The notes: a model not told the origin generated them from the letters alone. Counted from the stretch's first letter, positions 1 to 8,820 are shown. The stretch: DNA of 26,724 bases from Myxococcota bacterium (GCA_039030515.1 JBCCEA010000047.1:1-26724); one strand, 5' to 3'. Numbers and translations are program-made.

Positions 1-59
1 AGGCAAAAGCTGGCGAGCGCCGCCAAATGGCGGAGCAGCCCGCCAAATCCGCCAGCCTG

Positions 60-265
60 AAACCGTACCCGGTCCGGTTTGAGGCTGCAGTGCAGCTGGA
101 CGTATACAGCGATGTGCCGTACCTGGTCAGGCGTGGGGAGACCCTGCAGCACCGTACCTGGTCAGGCGTTAGGAGGCAGCAGCACCGTACCTGGTCAGGC
201 GTTAGGAGGCAGCAGCACCGTACCTGGTCAGGCGTGGAGAGGCTGCAGCGCCGTACCCGGTCAGG
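60..265. repeat. Intergenic array of CCGTACC(C/T)GGTCAGG core, ~33-bp period
   Basis: Core copies start at 63 (variant ending TCCGG), 117, 152, 185, 218 and 251; spacings are 54, 35, 33, 33, 33. Linkers are related to each other (CGTTAGGAGGCAGCAGCA twice, CGTGGAGAGGCTGCAGCG, CGTGGGGAGACCCTGCAGCA). The array lies just downstream of the Rieske gene stop codon. Confidence 0.95.
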
Positions 266-308
266 CGCGGGGAGGGGCCAGAACCTATCGATTCTGCTCA
301 TCAGCTGT

Positions 309-1460
309 TTAGGCATGCATACGAAACCGCTGAGTTCTCGGCTCCATGTCAGGGTTAAGTTTGCCGTTTGCCGCACTACGTAATAGCTGTAGGGCTGCAC
401 AACCGAGAGTATCGAGTTCCGTAGAGCAGTACTCTTCGCTCTTGAACTGATGAATATTCTCGCGCTGAGCGTACAGGATATCTCTATCTTGATTCAGGAT
501 CGCAAGGCCCAGGGGTTTGAGTACGTTTCCGAGGACACAATTGCTTTGATTTAGAGGCCAGGGGAGCTGGCTGAGGCGGGTTCGTAACGCCACGGTTCCA
601 AACATCGACGTTCTAAAGTCGGCACGAGGTGTAAAAGCTACCGTTGCCACCAAATGTGTCGACGCACCGAGGATGTATTCAACCTGCGCTATGCATGGCA
701 ATATAAAACGATCGAAGTGCCTGACAACTCCACCACCGGGGGCGATGAGGCGTCCGAGTAAACCCTTGGGGCAGGATTCACCCACATACTCAGCTTCCAC
801 GCGATCGTACCAGCGTCGTACGATCACTTCGACCATGCGCCTTGACCCACTGCGGAAAAGGCCTCCATGCACAAAGCGTGTATGGGGTACATCTAGGGCA
901 TTTTCGACAGCAGCATGAATGCTGCACTCCATCGTTCGATGAGTACGGAGGACGGAATAGTCGGAATCTTGCGTGTATGCGAGCTTAGGCGGTTCGTGGT
1001 CCGGTTTGGTATCGATGGCCGCATATGCCCATATGTAGCCATCTTTCTCGCATGATTGAAAGCAAGGCGCGGCGCGCAGCTTATCTTCAGCGTCCGAGGA
1101 ATCCCTTTGTAAGCAGGGGATTTCCCTACACCGACCCTGCTTGTCGAACCGCCATCCATGATAGGCGCATTCTAAGTCGCCGCCGCGTATTCGGCCGCGT
1201 GATAACGGAACATTCCGATGAGGACAGCGATCCAGAAGCACTCCCGGCTGTCCATGACTGTCTCTAAAGAGTACGAGTGGTTCGCCGTGAAGAAAACGCC
1301 TAATGGGTTGACTGCCGAGTTCTTCCGAACTGCAAAGCACATACCAACCATCTTTCAATGCGACGGCCGTTTGATACCCAGAAGTAGACTCGTTTGAGAA
1401 GGTTTCATTTTCGTACATCGTTATTCCAGGTCCGAGCTTAGACTCACTCATAGCGAACAT
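309..1460 (-). CDS. Rieske [2Fe-2S] non-heme iron oxygenase, alpha subunit (VanA/KshA-like)
   Basis: Rieske ligands CPH...CAYH (DRCPHRNVPLSRG...LECAYHGWRFD) and mononuclear iron motif ENALDVPHTRFVH, with a C-terminal QDRDIL Asp ligand. Start codon uncertain. Confidence 0.92.
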   Translation of the reverse strand: MFAMSESKLGPGITMYENETFSNESTSGYQTAVALKDGWYVLCSSEELGSQPIRRFLHGEPLVLFRDSHGQPGVLLDRCPHRNVPLSRGRIRGGDLECAYHGWRFDKQGRCREIPCLQRDSSDAEDKLRAAPCFQSCEKDGYIWAYAAIDTKPDHEPPKLAYTQDSDYSVLRTHRTMECSIHAAVENALDVPHTRFVHGGLFRSGSRRMVEVIVRRWYDRVEAEYVGESCPKGLLGRLIAPGGGVVRHFDRFILPCIAQVEYILGASTHLVATVAFTPRADFRTSMFGTVALRTRLSQLPWPLNQSNCVLGNVLKPLGLAILNQDRDILYAQRENIHQFKSEEYCSTELDTLGCAALQLLRSAANGKLNPDMEPRTQRFRMHA

Positions 1461-1603
1461 GACTCAGACTTGCTTGTTTGCGACGCACCACTGCTTAGAA
1501 ATCAAAGTCTGCGACCGTTTTCGATTGCGGAAGGTCGTGGTTGCCGGGCGGTTAAAACTGAGCAAGGTTGATTCGGGAGTCACCTATTTGGGACGTGGCT
1601 TCC

Positions 1604-2809
1604 ATGAAGGACCCAAGAATGCGACGAGATACAGGTGAACTGTTCAATCCTACGTCGGAGCATCACGCCCTCCGAGCTATGGTGCGAACTTTCTCAGAAA
1701 GAGATGTGGCTCCTCAGGCGATCGCTCACGATCGGGACGAACGCTTCAATCAGACGCTTTTTCGCCAGCTAGGGGAGTTAGGACTGCTCGGGTTGACCGT
1801 GGATGAAACTTATGGCGGTGCCGGAATGGATCCAGTCGCCGTTGCGATCGTACACGAGGAGCTGTCCGCCTCAGATCCAGGTTTTACGCTTGCCTACCTC
1901 GCCCACTCCCTGCTCTTCGCCAACAACCTCAACCTGCATGGCTCGGAGGCTCAATGCCTCCGTCTTCTGCCTCAGGTGTGTAGCGGCTCCTTGATTTGCG
2001 GAATGGGGATGAGCGAACCCGAGTCGGGCACCGATGTGCTGGCCCTTTCCACGACTGCTCGGCGGGCAGGAGCGGGATATGTGCTCAACGGCGCAAAGAT
2101 GTGGATCACCAACGGCGCTTTGGATGAGAGCTCACTCGGAGACGCATTTCTAGTCTACGCTCGGCTCGAAGCTGATGCCCGGTCGGAACTTACGATGTTC
2201 CTGGTTGAGAAAGGCATGCGTGGATTTCGACTTGGCCAACGAATCCACGGAAAGCTAGGAATGCGTGCATCGCAAACGGCGGAACTAGTCTTTGAGGACT
2301 GCCACGTACCCCAAGAGAATCGCGTTGGTGATGAAGGTGCAGCGACGCTGCACATGATGCAAAATCTAGAGATAGAGCGTCTGGGGCTTTCGGCTATGGC
2401 CTTGGGCATCGCTCGACGCTGCATCGAAATCATGAACGCTTATGCAAGTGAGCGTCGCTCTTTCGGAGAACCGATCCGCAGGCACGGGCAGATTCAGGAC
2501 CATATCGCGACATCCTATGCCGAGTATATGGCCGGTAGGCACTACGTGTACGGCACCGCTGCGCGCATGGATCTTCGCAAACCGGGGCAACGTCTTGATT
2601 CAGACGGCGTAAAGCTCTTTTGCGCGACTATGGCAAAGCGGGTAGCGGATCGAGCGATTCAAGTACTCGGAGGTTACGGTTACACCGCTGAATATCACGT
2701 TGAGAGGCTGTGGCGAGATGCCAAACTGCTCGAAATCGGCGGGGGTACAAACGAAGCGCATCAAAAAAATATGTCGAGAGATCTCGCGCGTCTGGATCGC
2801 ATTCGCTAA
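1604..2809 (+). CDS. Acyl-CoA dehydrogenase, isovaleryl-CoA dehydrogenase-like
   Basis: ACAD motifs GMSEPESGTD, YVLNGAKMWITNG, KLGMRASQTAELVFED, NLEIERL, QVLGGYGY and RDAKLLEIGGGTNE. The ORF opens at TTG 1568; ATG 1604 or 1619 is the more likely start. Confidence 0.9.
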   Translation: MKDPRMRRDTGELFNPTSEHHALRAMVRTFSERDVAPQAIAHDRDERFNQTLFRQLGELGLLGLTVDETYGGAGMDPVAVAIVHEELSASDPGFTLAYLAHSLLFANNLNLHGSEAQCLRLLPQVCSGSLICGMGMSEPESGTDVLALSTTARRAGAGYVLNGAKMWITNGALDESSLGDAFLVYARLEADARSELTMFLVEKGMRGFRLGQRIHGKLGMRASQTAELVFEDCHVPQENRVGDEGAATLHMMQNLEIERLGLSAMALGIARRCIEIMNAYASERRSFGEPIRRHGQIQDHIATSYAEYMAGRHYVYGTAARMDLRKPGQRLDSDGVKLFCATMAKRVADRAIQVLGGYGYTAEYHVERLWRDAKLLEIGGGTNEAHQKNMSRDLARLDRIR

Positions 2810-2842
2810 ACAGTATTTCACCCTGCGGCGTTAATGCGCCCG

Positions 2843-3814
2843 CTACCCGACTAAGCCAGAAGTTGCATGCTTTTTTCTGGCTTTTTTTACCGCCTGAGAT
2901 CGACGGCGAAGCAATACCTTGGAGACCCGAAGCAACTGTTCCGGGGAGACCGGCATATGCAACCATGCGTCTGGCTGAACGCGTGTTTTAGGTCTAGGCA
3001 TTTGCGCGATGTTCTCCAAGCAGTCCTGCGTTGAGTCCAATGCCAAAGCCAGTATCACAGGAGGCGCGAGATTCGACCGTTGGTGACTTGGATTGACCCA
3101 GTCATAGGGACGTTCATCTTCGCTGCCCTCCATCGCCATGCCTACCAAGATTAAGTCAATCTGGTTTTGACCGACTTGCTGCCTTGCATGCTGAAGATCA
3201 TTTGCGAAGTACACCGCATAGCTTGAGACTGTTTGAAATGCGAACTTTGCGATGCGCAGAGTGTATTCGTCGTCAGTCAGAACTAGGATCTGTGATGCGA
3301 CGTAAGTAGGTGTCTGCTCAATGAAGTTTCTTGTGTCTCGATCGCATTGATCAGGTCGGTCTCGTTTATTGTTCAGCCGTGCTGCGATTGAATTCCAATC
3401 TCGAGACGATTCTAGGAGGTCCTGTGACCCTTCTTGACGCGTCTCGAAAGTAAGACCGTTTCCCAGGAGATGGTTCATCACCGAGGTTGAAGAGTTCTGG
3501 CCCTGAGATGCGACCTGCTCTACGACGGATGCAAGCTTTCTCGCAAATGTCGAAGCTTCGTTGCCGAGTTCGTGTTCACATGCTGCCTCTACCCGCGATG
3601 CGAGCTCTCCGACAACACCATTACCTAGGTTGCCAGCGACTCCTCGCAGTCGGTGTACAGACCTGAGCAGCAATTGAAACGCGTCGTCATCGCCTCCATC
3701 TATCGCGTCTGCTTGTGCTCTGATCGCCGCTGCCCTGACGGGCAAACCTCTCATTACTTGACTCGCAAGTTGTCTCAAGCGGGCGTCTAGTTCGTCGAGT
3801 TTCGCTGTCGACAC
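2843..3814 (-). CDS. Hpt domain plus degenerate (pseudo) receiver domain protein
   Basis: N-terminal VHRLRGVAGNLG matches the Hpt HxLxGxxGxxG motif. The C-terminal ILVLTDDE...DLILVGMAM...PPVILAL...WLHMPVS segment follows the receiver fold but has Gly in place of the phospho-Asp and lacks the conserved Lys. Confidence 0.72.
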   Translation of the reverse strand: MSTAKLDELDARLRQLASQVMRGLPVRAAAIRAQADAIDGGDDDAFQLLLRSVHRLRGVAGNLGNGVVGELASRVEAACEHELGNEASTFARKLASVVEQVASQGQNSSTSVMNHLLGNGLTFETRQEGSQDLLESSRDWNSIAARLNNKRDRPDQCDRDTRNFIEQTPTYVASQILVLTDDEYTLRIAKFAFQTVSSYAVYFANDLQHARQQVGQNQIDLILVGMAMEGSEDERPYDWVNPSHQRSNLAPPVILALALDSTQDCLENIAQMPRPKTRVQPDAWLHMPVSPEQLLRVSKVLLRRRSQAVKKARKKHATSGLVG

Positions 3815-3854
3815 TGTCTCTTTAGTGTTGCACGATCAGGCCCTGGCAAGCGAC

Positions 3855-5219
3855 ATGTCTGTCGAGGACAAACCATCGGTGAGCGGCCCAGCAGACGAAT
3901 CAGATCGGCTTGGCACGCTCCAGAGCACCCCACATCCGGCCCGAGAATCGCATTTGATTCCAGAACCTGGCGATGTGCTCGCAAACGCATACGTCGTCCG
4001 GAACCTTGTCGGTCGCGGGGGTATGGGGGTGGTGTTACGTGCGTTCGACCGAAATCTGGAGCGGGAAGTCGCGCTAAAGCTTATCGATCCAGAGTACGCC
4101 CAGAGCCCGAGTGCGCGAGCGCGTTTTGTCGCTGAAGCGCGCGCTATGGCCGGTGTGCGTCACGAAAACATCGTACAAATATACAGTTTTGGAGATTTTC
4201 AGAGCCTTCCGTTTTTCGTCATGGAGCTTATCGAAGGGACAAGCGCTGCGGATTGGCTCGATGGCTTTGCTCCAGAGCGTCCCTCTCCCCTTGACGACGT
4301 TTTGGCGATCATCGATCAGGTTTGTCGCGGAGTGTCCGCCGTGCATCGCGCCGGTATCATTCACGGCGATCTCAAACCGGGCAACATTCTCATCGGTCCT
4401 GCTTTCCGGATCGCGGTGGCCGATTTTGGCCTGATGCGAATTCTTTCTCAGCAGAGCGATAAGGATGACCTTGTGGGTACTCCCGCCTACATCGCCCCTG
4501 AGCTTGCGCTTGCAAAAGGTGGAGCGAATCACTTGGGCCCGCTGTCGGACGTATACTCTCTTGGGGTTACTTCTTATGAGCTTCTCACCGGCACCGTTCC
4601 CTTTGATATCGATTCTGCGGCGGAATTGATCTCCGTACATTCCGCCCGATATCCGTTTCCCTCGCCTAGGGATCTTCGAGACGATATTCCCGAGCCGGTG
4701 AGCTCCGTCGTAATGCAGGCGCTCGCGCCTGAGCCTCGCGCGCGGATCGAGAGCGTAGATTTCTACCGACGTGCGCTTATCGACGCTCGGTCCAAGGCGA
4801 GTCTATGCACGCAGTTTTGTATCGTTCTCGCCGACGATGACGAGAATTTCCGAGCGCTCGCCGAGGAGACTCTGAGATTTGCCCTGCCTGAAGCCTCCAT
4901 CATCTCGGTCGAGGACGGCACAGAGGCGCTGCACGCGGTGGATCGGGCCGCGCCAGACCTTGTGGTGCTCGATCTCGACATGCCGGGTCTCAACGGAATC
5001 GAACTTACGGCAGCACTTCGAGCTGGCGCATCAGCGAAGCAAGATCTGAGCATCGTCGTTGTCACGGCGTTCGGAGGAGGATCCGATTGGCGTTTGCTGT
5101 CGAATCTCGGTGCAGACGGCTTTTTGGTAAAACCGATCGACCCCTACGCCCTAATCGCCTTAGCGCGACGACTTGCTGGTCGTGCAGAATCTATGCGCCC
5201 ACAGCGCCTGAGCAGTTAA
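3855..5219 (+). CDS. Hanks-type Ser/Thr protein kinase fused to a C-terminal response regulator receiver domain
   Basis: Kinase motifs GRGGMGVV, VALKLI, HGDLKPGN, DFG, GTPAYIAPE and DVYSLG; receiver motifs LADDD, DLVVLDLDMPGLNG, VVTA and FLVKP. The ORF opens at TTG 3825; ATG 3855 is preferred. Confidence 0.93.
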   Translation: MSVEDKPSVSGPADESDRLGTLQSTPHPARESHLIPEPGDVLANAYVVRNLVGRGGMGVVLRAFDRNLEREVALKLIDPEYAQSPSARARFVAEARAMAGVRHENIVQIYSFGDFQSLPFFVMELIEGTSAADWLDGFAPERPSPLDDVLAIIDQVCRGVSAVHRAGIIHGDLKPGNILIGPAFRIAVADFGLMRILSQQSDKDDLVGTPAYIAPELALAKGGANHLGPLSDVYSLGVTSYELLTGTVPFDIDSAAELISVHSARYPFPSPRDLRDDIPEPVSSVVMQALAPEPRARIESVDFYRRALIDARSKASLCTQFCIVLADDDENFRALAEETLRFALPEASIISVEDGTEALHAVDRAAPDLVVLDLDMPGLNGIELTAALRAGASAKQDLSIVVVTAFGGGSDWRLLSNLGADGFLVKPIDPYALIALARRLAGRAESMRPQRLSS

Positions 5220-6073
5220 CTCGCTTTGGTTCCTTGTCTCGTGGTTCCGAATCGCACGGCGGTCATCTTGACGATCCAGAGACTGCAAAGAAGAGATGTG
5301 ATCAACCCGAAAGATAAATAGGGCAGTGGCACCGGTGTACTCGTAGCCTCGATGTTCGAATTAGATAGCATGAGTAATGCAAGTGCATTGTTAGTTATGT
5401 GACACAGCATAGGAATCCAAACTGAATCTGTGCGGTGCAAGAGCCAACTCAGATAGAGTCCTAAAGGCAATACTCCTGCAATATGTGGTGGATCGATGTG
5501 GAACAGTGCAAAGAAACATCCGGTGATCGATATCCCGATGGTTCCGACAGGTAGACTGCGTTGAAGCATACCTCGAAAAAAAAGTTCTTCAGCAATACCC
5601 GGCAACAGCGAAATGCAGAAAAGACCAAGTGGTAAGGGGAAGTTGGAGAGTGCCTGCTCGAGAAAGTCTAGGTTGCCCACGCTGAGTTCGGGAGCGATCT
5701 CTTTCAGCCAGTGCCTGGTCCAATCTCCCAGCGGGGCTATTCCCAAAGCACCGATCAAAGCAAGAGGTATGAGTCTTGGATCGATCCTATTAAGGCCGAG
5801 TGCGTTGCGGACGGGTACGTCGCACACGATCGGTGTCATCAGAGCGGTTGTGGTCATCGCAAGGCTGGTGACGATGGCTCCTGTGGCGATCACGCTCGGA
5901 TTTAGTGCGAGTTCCTCTTTGCTTATCTTAGGCCATAAACCATGTAAGACGTTTATAGCGATAAAAGTCGATAGGCTGCTTAGCATCGCCGCTGCGACAC
6001 CGCCAAAAAGCGTTGCAGTTGTGCCTTGCCTTGGATGTAGTCGCTTCGGGTGATCGTCGCTGTCGTTTATCAA
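5216..6073 (-). CDS. CPBP (Abi/CAAX-type) intramembrane glutamic endopeptidase
   Basis: Multiple hydrophobic segments; motifs PGIAEELFFRG, FFALFH and HITNN. Confidence 0.9.
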   Translation of the reverse strand: MINDSDDHPKRLHPRQGTTATLFGGVAAAMLSSLSTFIAINVLHGLWPKISKEELALNPSVIATGAIVTSLAMTTTALMTPIVCDVPVRNALGLNRIDPRLIPLALIGALGIAPLGDWTRHWLKEIAPELSVGNLDFLEQALSNFPLPLGLFCISLLPGIAEELFFRGMLQRSLPVGTIGISITGCFFALFHIDPPHIAGVLPLGLYLSWLLHRTDSVWIPMLCHITNNALALLMLSNSNIEATSTPVPLPYLSFGLITSLLCSLWIVKMTAVRFGTTRQGTKAS

Positions 6074-6074
6074 C

Positions 6075-7016
6075 TCAGCCGTCTTCCCGCATCATGCGTT
6101 GATAGCTATCAAATCGAGATTTTGCGATGGTTCCCGCATCGACAGCTTGCTTCAAAGCGCAATATGGTTCGTCAAGATGGGCGCAGTCGCCAAAGCCACA
6201 CTGACCCAGGAAAGGGCGGAATTCGACAAAATATTCGGCGAGATGCGCTCGCTCGATGTTGAAGATGCCGAGCTCTCGGATGCCCGGCGTATCGATGATC
6301 AATCCACCGCTCGGCAAGGGAAGGAGTGCAGCAGACCGGGTTGTATGTTTTCCTTTGCCATGACTGTCACTCACCGAGTTGGTTTCTCTCTGCAAGTCAG
6401 GAGAAAGCATGTTGATTAGGCTGCTTTTGCCCACTCCGGATGGGCCGGCAAGCCCGGAGATCCCGGTAGAAGTGGCTTCGAAAAACGAGTTCATTCCCTG
6501 ACCGGTACTGACGGATGTTTCGAGGACCTGGTAGCCCGCATTTTTGTGAGGGGAGAAGAGCTCCCGAGTGGCCTCATCCGCGAGATCTCCCTTGTTCATC
6601 ACTATGATCGTTTGAAGTTTTTGGTGCTCTGCTATGACCAGGAACCGATCGAGCATCCGTGGATGAAAGGCTGGGTCGCCGAAACAAAATACTACGAAAA
6701 TGCGATCTATATTGGCGACGAGTATGTCTTCACGCCACTTGCCACCCTTGCCGGGTCTTCTTCGTGAAAGCCGAGTTTTACGAGGCGTGACTTCTTCAAT
6801 TGTGCTGTGTGTGCTTGAACTGTTCCCACCAATGCTCCTTTGAATCCGCACCCAATCACCTACAACACAAAGGTCAGTTTTTGCTTTGCCTTGTTTGAAA
6901 CGGCCGCGAAGTCGGCATCGAAAGATGCCTGCTGGGGTCTGAACGTCAAAGAACCCACCTTGGCTCGCCACTACACGACCCTCGTCCTCTGCCTCCAGAT
7001 ACGTGCGGTTCATCAA
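6075..7016 (-). CDS. rsgA: Ribosome small subunit-dependent GTPase A
   Basis: OB-fold (VVGDWV), circularly permuted GTPase motifs NKGD, GPSGVGKSS, GKHTT and DTPGIRE, and Zn finger CGFGDCAHLDEPYC. Confidence 0.97.
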   Translation of the reverse strand: MMNRTYLEAEDEGRVVASQGGFFDVQTPAGIFRCRLRGRFKQGKAKTDLCVVGDWVRIQRSIGGNSSSTHSTIEEVTPRKTRLSRRRPGKGGKWREDILVANIDRIFVVFCFGDPAFHPRMLDRFLVIAEHQKLQTIIVMNKGDLADEATRELFSPHKNAGYQVLETSVSTGQGMNSFFEATSTGISGLAGPSGVGKSSLINMLSPDLQRETNSVSDSHGKGKHTTRSAALLPLPSGGLIIDTPGIRELGIFNIERAHLAEYFVEFRPFLGQCGFGDCAHLDEPYCALKQAVDAGTIAKSRFDSYQRMMREDG

Positions 7017-8281
7017 GCCTTCTTCGTGTGCACGGTGTTCGTCGGCGTCGTATTGTCGTCGTCTGAATCCATATCTGAGAGAGGCTGTTCCGGGCGGAAT
7101 CCATAGTTTGCTGCCCGGCGAGCTTCTTGTTTTCGTTTTGAACGGTAGAGTCGCATGCCTTTTTCACTGATCTTTCCCACAGGAATTTCAGAGTGGATGC
7201 TGCTTGTCTGGCTCACCCCATCCGTCGTCTCAACTCCGCTCTTCTCCTGGTCTCTCGATGCTTTGTGAAGGCTTTGCGCTTCCTGTACGCGCCGTTCGAA
7301 ATCGCGTTCCCATTCTTCGTACCCTCGGAATAAGAAGCTTGGGTCGGTTTCATCCTCGAGGATATGACGCACAATCTTTTCGCGGCTTATGAACACTGGA
7401 GCCAGTTCTGCGGGATCGTATCCGCCACCGCGATCGAAGAGTCCGCCGCAGATCGTTCGTAGCGTGCATACGCTGCAGGACTCTGCATAAATGTGTTCCC
7501 AGTCGGTCTGACGTACCGACTGTTTCTCATCTAGGAAACAGACGATACGCTCTTCACCTTTGACGATCTTACGGGTCTCCGTACTTGCCCAGGCAAACTC
7601 TGTCATATAGCAAAGAGGCACCTTTTCGACTCGAAAGGTTCGACCTGATCGTTGCAGTCGGCGCATTGCATTTCGGAGAGACAACTCGAAATCCGCAAGT
7701 CGCGGAGTGTACAGCGACTGATTCGTTTCCGCCCTGCCCATCGAAGGATCGAGATTGTTCCAGACAAAGTGTTTGATGAATGGAAAACGAGATGTAAGGA
7801 CTGCAACGTTTTCGTCGAGGTGATCTGCGTTGAATCGGTTAATGACGCAATTCACGTTGAGTTCTATGCCTGCAGCGTGACAGGCGTCCAGGGCACGGAA
7901 TGCTCGCTCGAGGGTACCCTCAGTCCCTCGGAGTTGTGACTCGACGGATTCCCGCACGGAATAGATAGAGATATGGGCCAGCTGGAGACCCGCGTCCGCC
8001 ATCTCTTGGGCGAAGCTCGATTCGGCGAGGCGATGACCGTTGCTGATCATGCGGACGTGAAGCCCTTGAGTTCTCGCGTAGTGGCAGATGCGGGGTAGCT
8101 CGGGATGCAGTGAAGGTTCCCCTCCAGTGAGAATTACCCCGAAATAGCCGCGCGCTACGAAGTCATCGACTAGGACTCGCATTGAATCGAAGTCATGCGT
8201 GTAGGGTGTCGTTGGATTGGAGCAGAAACCGCAGAGATGATTGCAGTGCCTTACGACTTGGATGTAACCGATGTTTGCCAA
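7013..8281 (-). CDS. Radical SAM enzyme with C-terminal Cys cluster (twitch/SPASM-like)
   Basis: CNHLCGFC (CxxxCxxC), LTGGEP, ISNG, VPLC and CSVCTLRTICGG, followed by a ~100-aa polar tail. TTG start; the stop overlaps the rsgA start (ATGA). Confidence 0.9.
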   Translation of the reverse strand: MANIGYIQVVRHCNHLCGFCSNPTTPYTHDFDSMRVLVDDFVARGYFGVILTGGEPSLHPELPRICHYARTQGLHVRMISNGHRLAESSFAQEMADAGLQLAHISIYSVRESVESQLRGTEGTLERAFRALDACHAAGIELNVNCVINRFNADHLDENVAVLTSRFPFIKHFVWNNLDPSMGRAETNQSLYTPRLADFELSLRNAMRRLQRSGRTFRVEKVPLCYMTEFAWASTETRKIVKGEERIVCFLDEKQSVRQTDWEHIYAESCSVCTLRTICGGLFDRGGGYDPAELAPVFISREKIVRHILEDETDPSFLFRGYEEWERDFERRVQEAQSLHKASRDQEKSGVETTDGVSQTSSIHSEIPVGKISEKGMRLYRSKRKQEARRAANYGFRPEQPLSDMDSDDDNTTPTNTVHTKKA

Positions 8282-8294
8282 AGTTGTGCTGCTC

Positions 8295-8762
8295 TCAGGC
8301 TTTGTCGCATCTGTTTACGACTTCAGACTGTGACCGACTTTCGGAACCGACCTCTTCGGAGTCGTATTCATGAGATCCTTCAACCGACAGCGCACATTGC
8401 GAGCGGAGATCCTTGGTCACTTCGCTGCGTAGGGTTTCATGGTAGGCAAGCCATCGATCCTGTATTTCTTGGGGGACTCCGTGCTCCTGGAGGACTTCCT
8501 GGAGAATCTTCAGCCGTCGCATGAATTGTCCGCCCATGATCGAATGGCTCTGGTGTGCGATCCGAAGGGGGCGGCCCTCGTAGGTCATAGGCCCCCCAAG
8601 ATGTTCGGCCGCGTGCTGGAGCTCGAAATGCTTCACCCGAGCGATCGAGGCCTTTCGAAAAAAGAAGCCGATCATCGGATCTGAGAAGCAGCGTTCGACA
8701 AATGATTCAATAATGATTCCTAAGGTCGGCATGCCGCCGATACGGTCGAAATCGCTTTCCAC
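8295..8762 (-). CDS. Group I (2/2) truncated hemoglobin
   Basis: FDRIGG, DPMIGFFF and LGGPMTYEGRPLRIAH (proximal His) match the trHbN pattern. GTG start. Confidence 0.88.
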   Translation of the reverse strand: MESDFDRIGGMPTLGIIIESFVERCFSDPMIGFFFRKASIARVKHFELQHAAEHLGGPMTYEGRPLRIAHQSHSIMGGQFMRRLKILQEVLQEHGVPQEIQDRWLAYHETLRSEVTKDLRSQCALSVEGSHEYDSEEVGSESRSQSEVVNRCDKA

Positions 8763-8820
8763 TCTAAAACGATGGTGGCTTGACCGAGCTGCGTCAACGC
8801 TAGGATGTTATTCTGCCTTG
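8763..8820. promoter_or_regulatory. Overlapping divergent sigma70-type promoters (globin operon / terB), with TTGAC-N8-GTCAA palindrome
   Basis: Minus strand: TTGACG-N17-CATCGT-N6-GTG(8762). Plus strand: TG-T-TATTCT(8809-8814)-N6-ATG(8821). Palindrome at 8780-8797. Confidence 0.5.

Noticed and set aside
60..265. CRISPR array
   Set aside because: The core is only 15 nt, the linkers are 18-20 nt and homologous to each other (two are identical), and no cas genes are present.
27..383. 118-aa and 77-aa ORFs across the first array
   Set aside because: Explained by the stop-free 33-bp repeat; the longer ORF overlaps the Rieske gene antisense.
8713..8820. Longer N-terminus for terB
   Set aside because: It overlaps the divergent globin gene; ATG 8821 has a well-placed -10 element.
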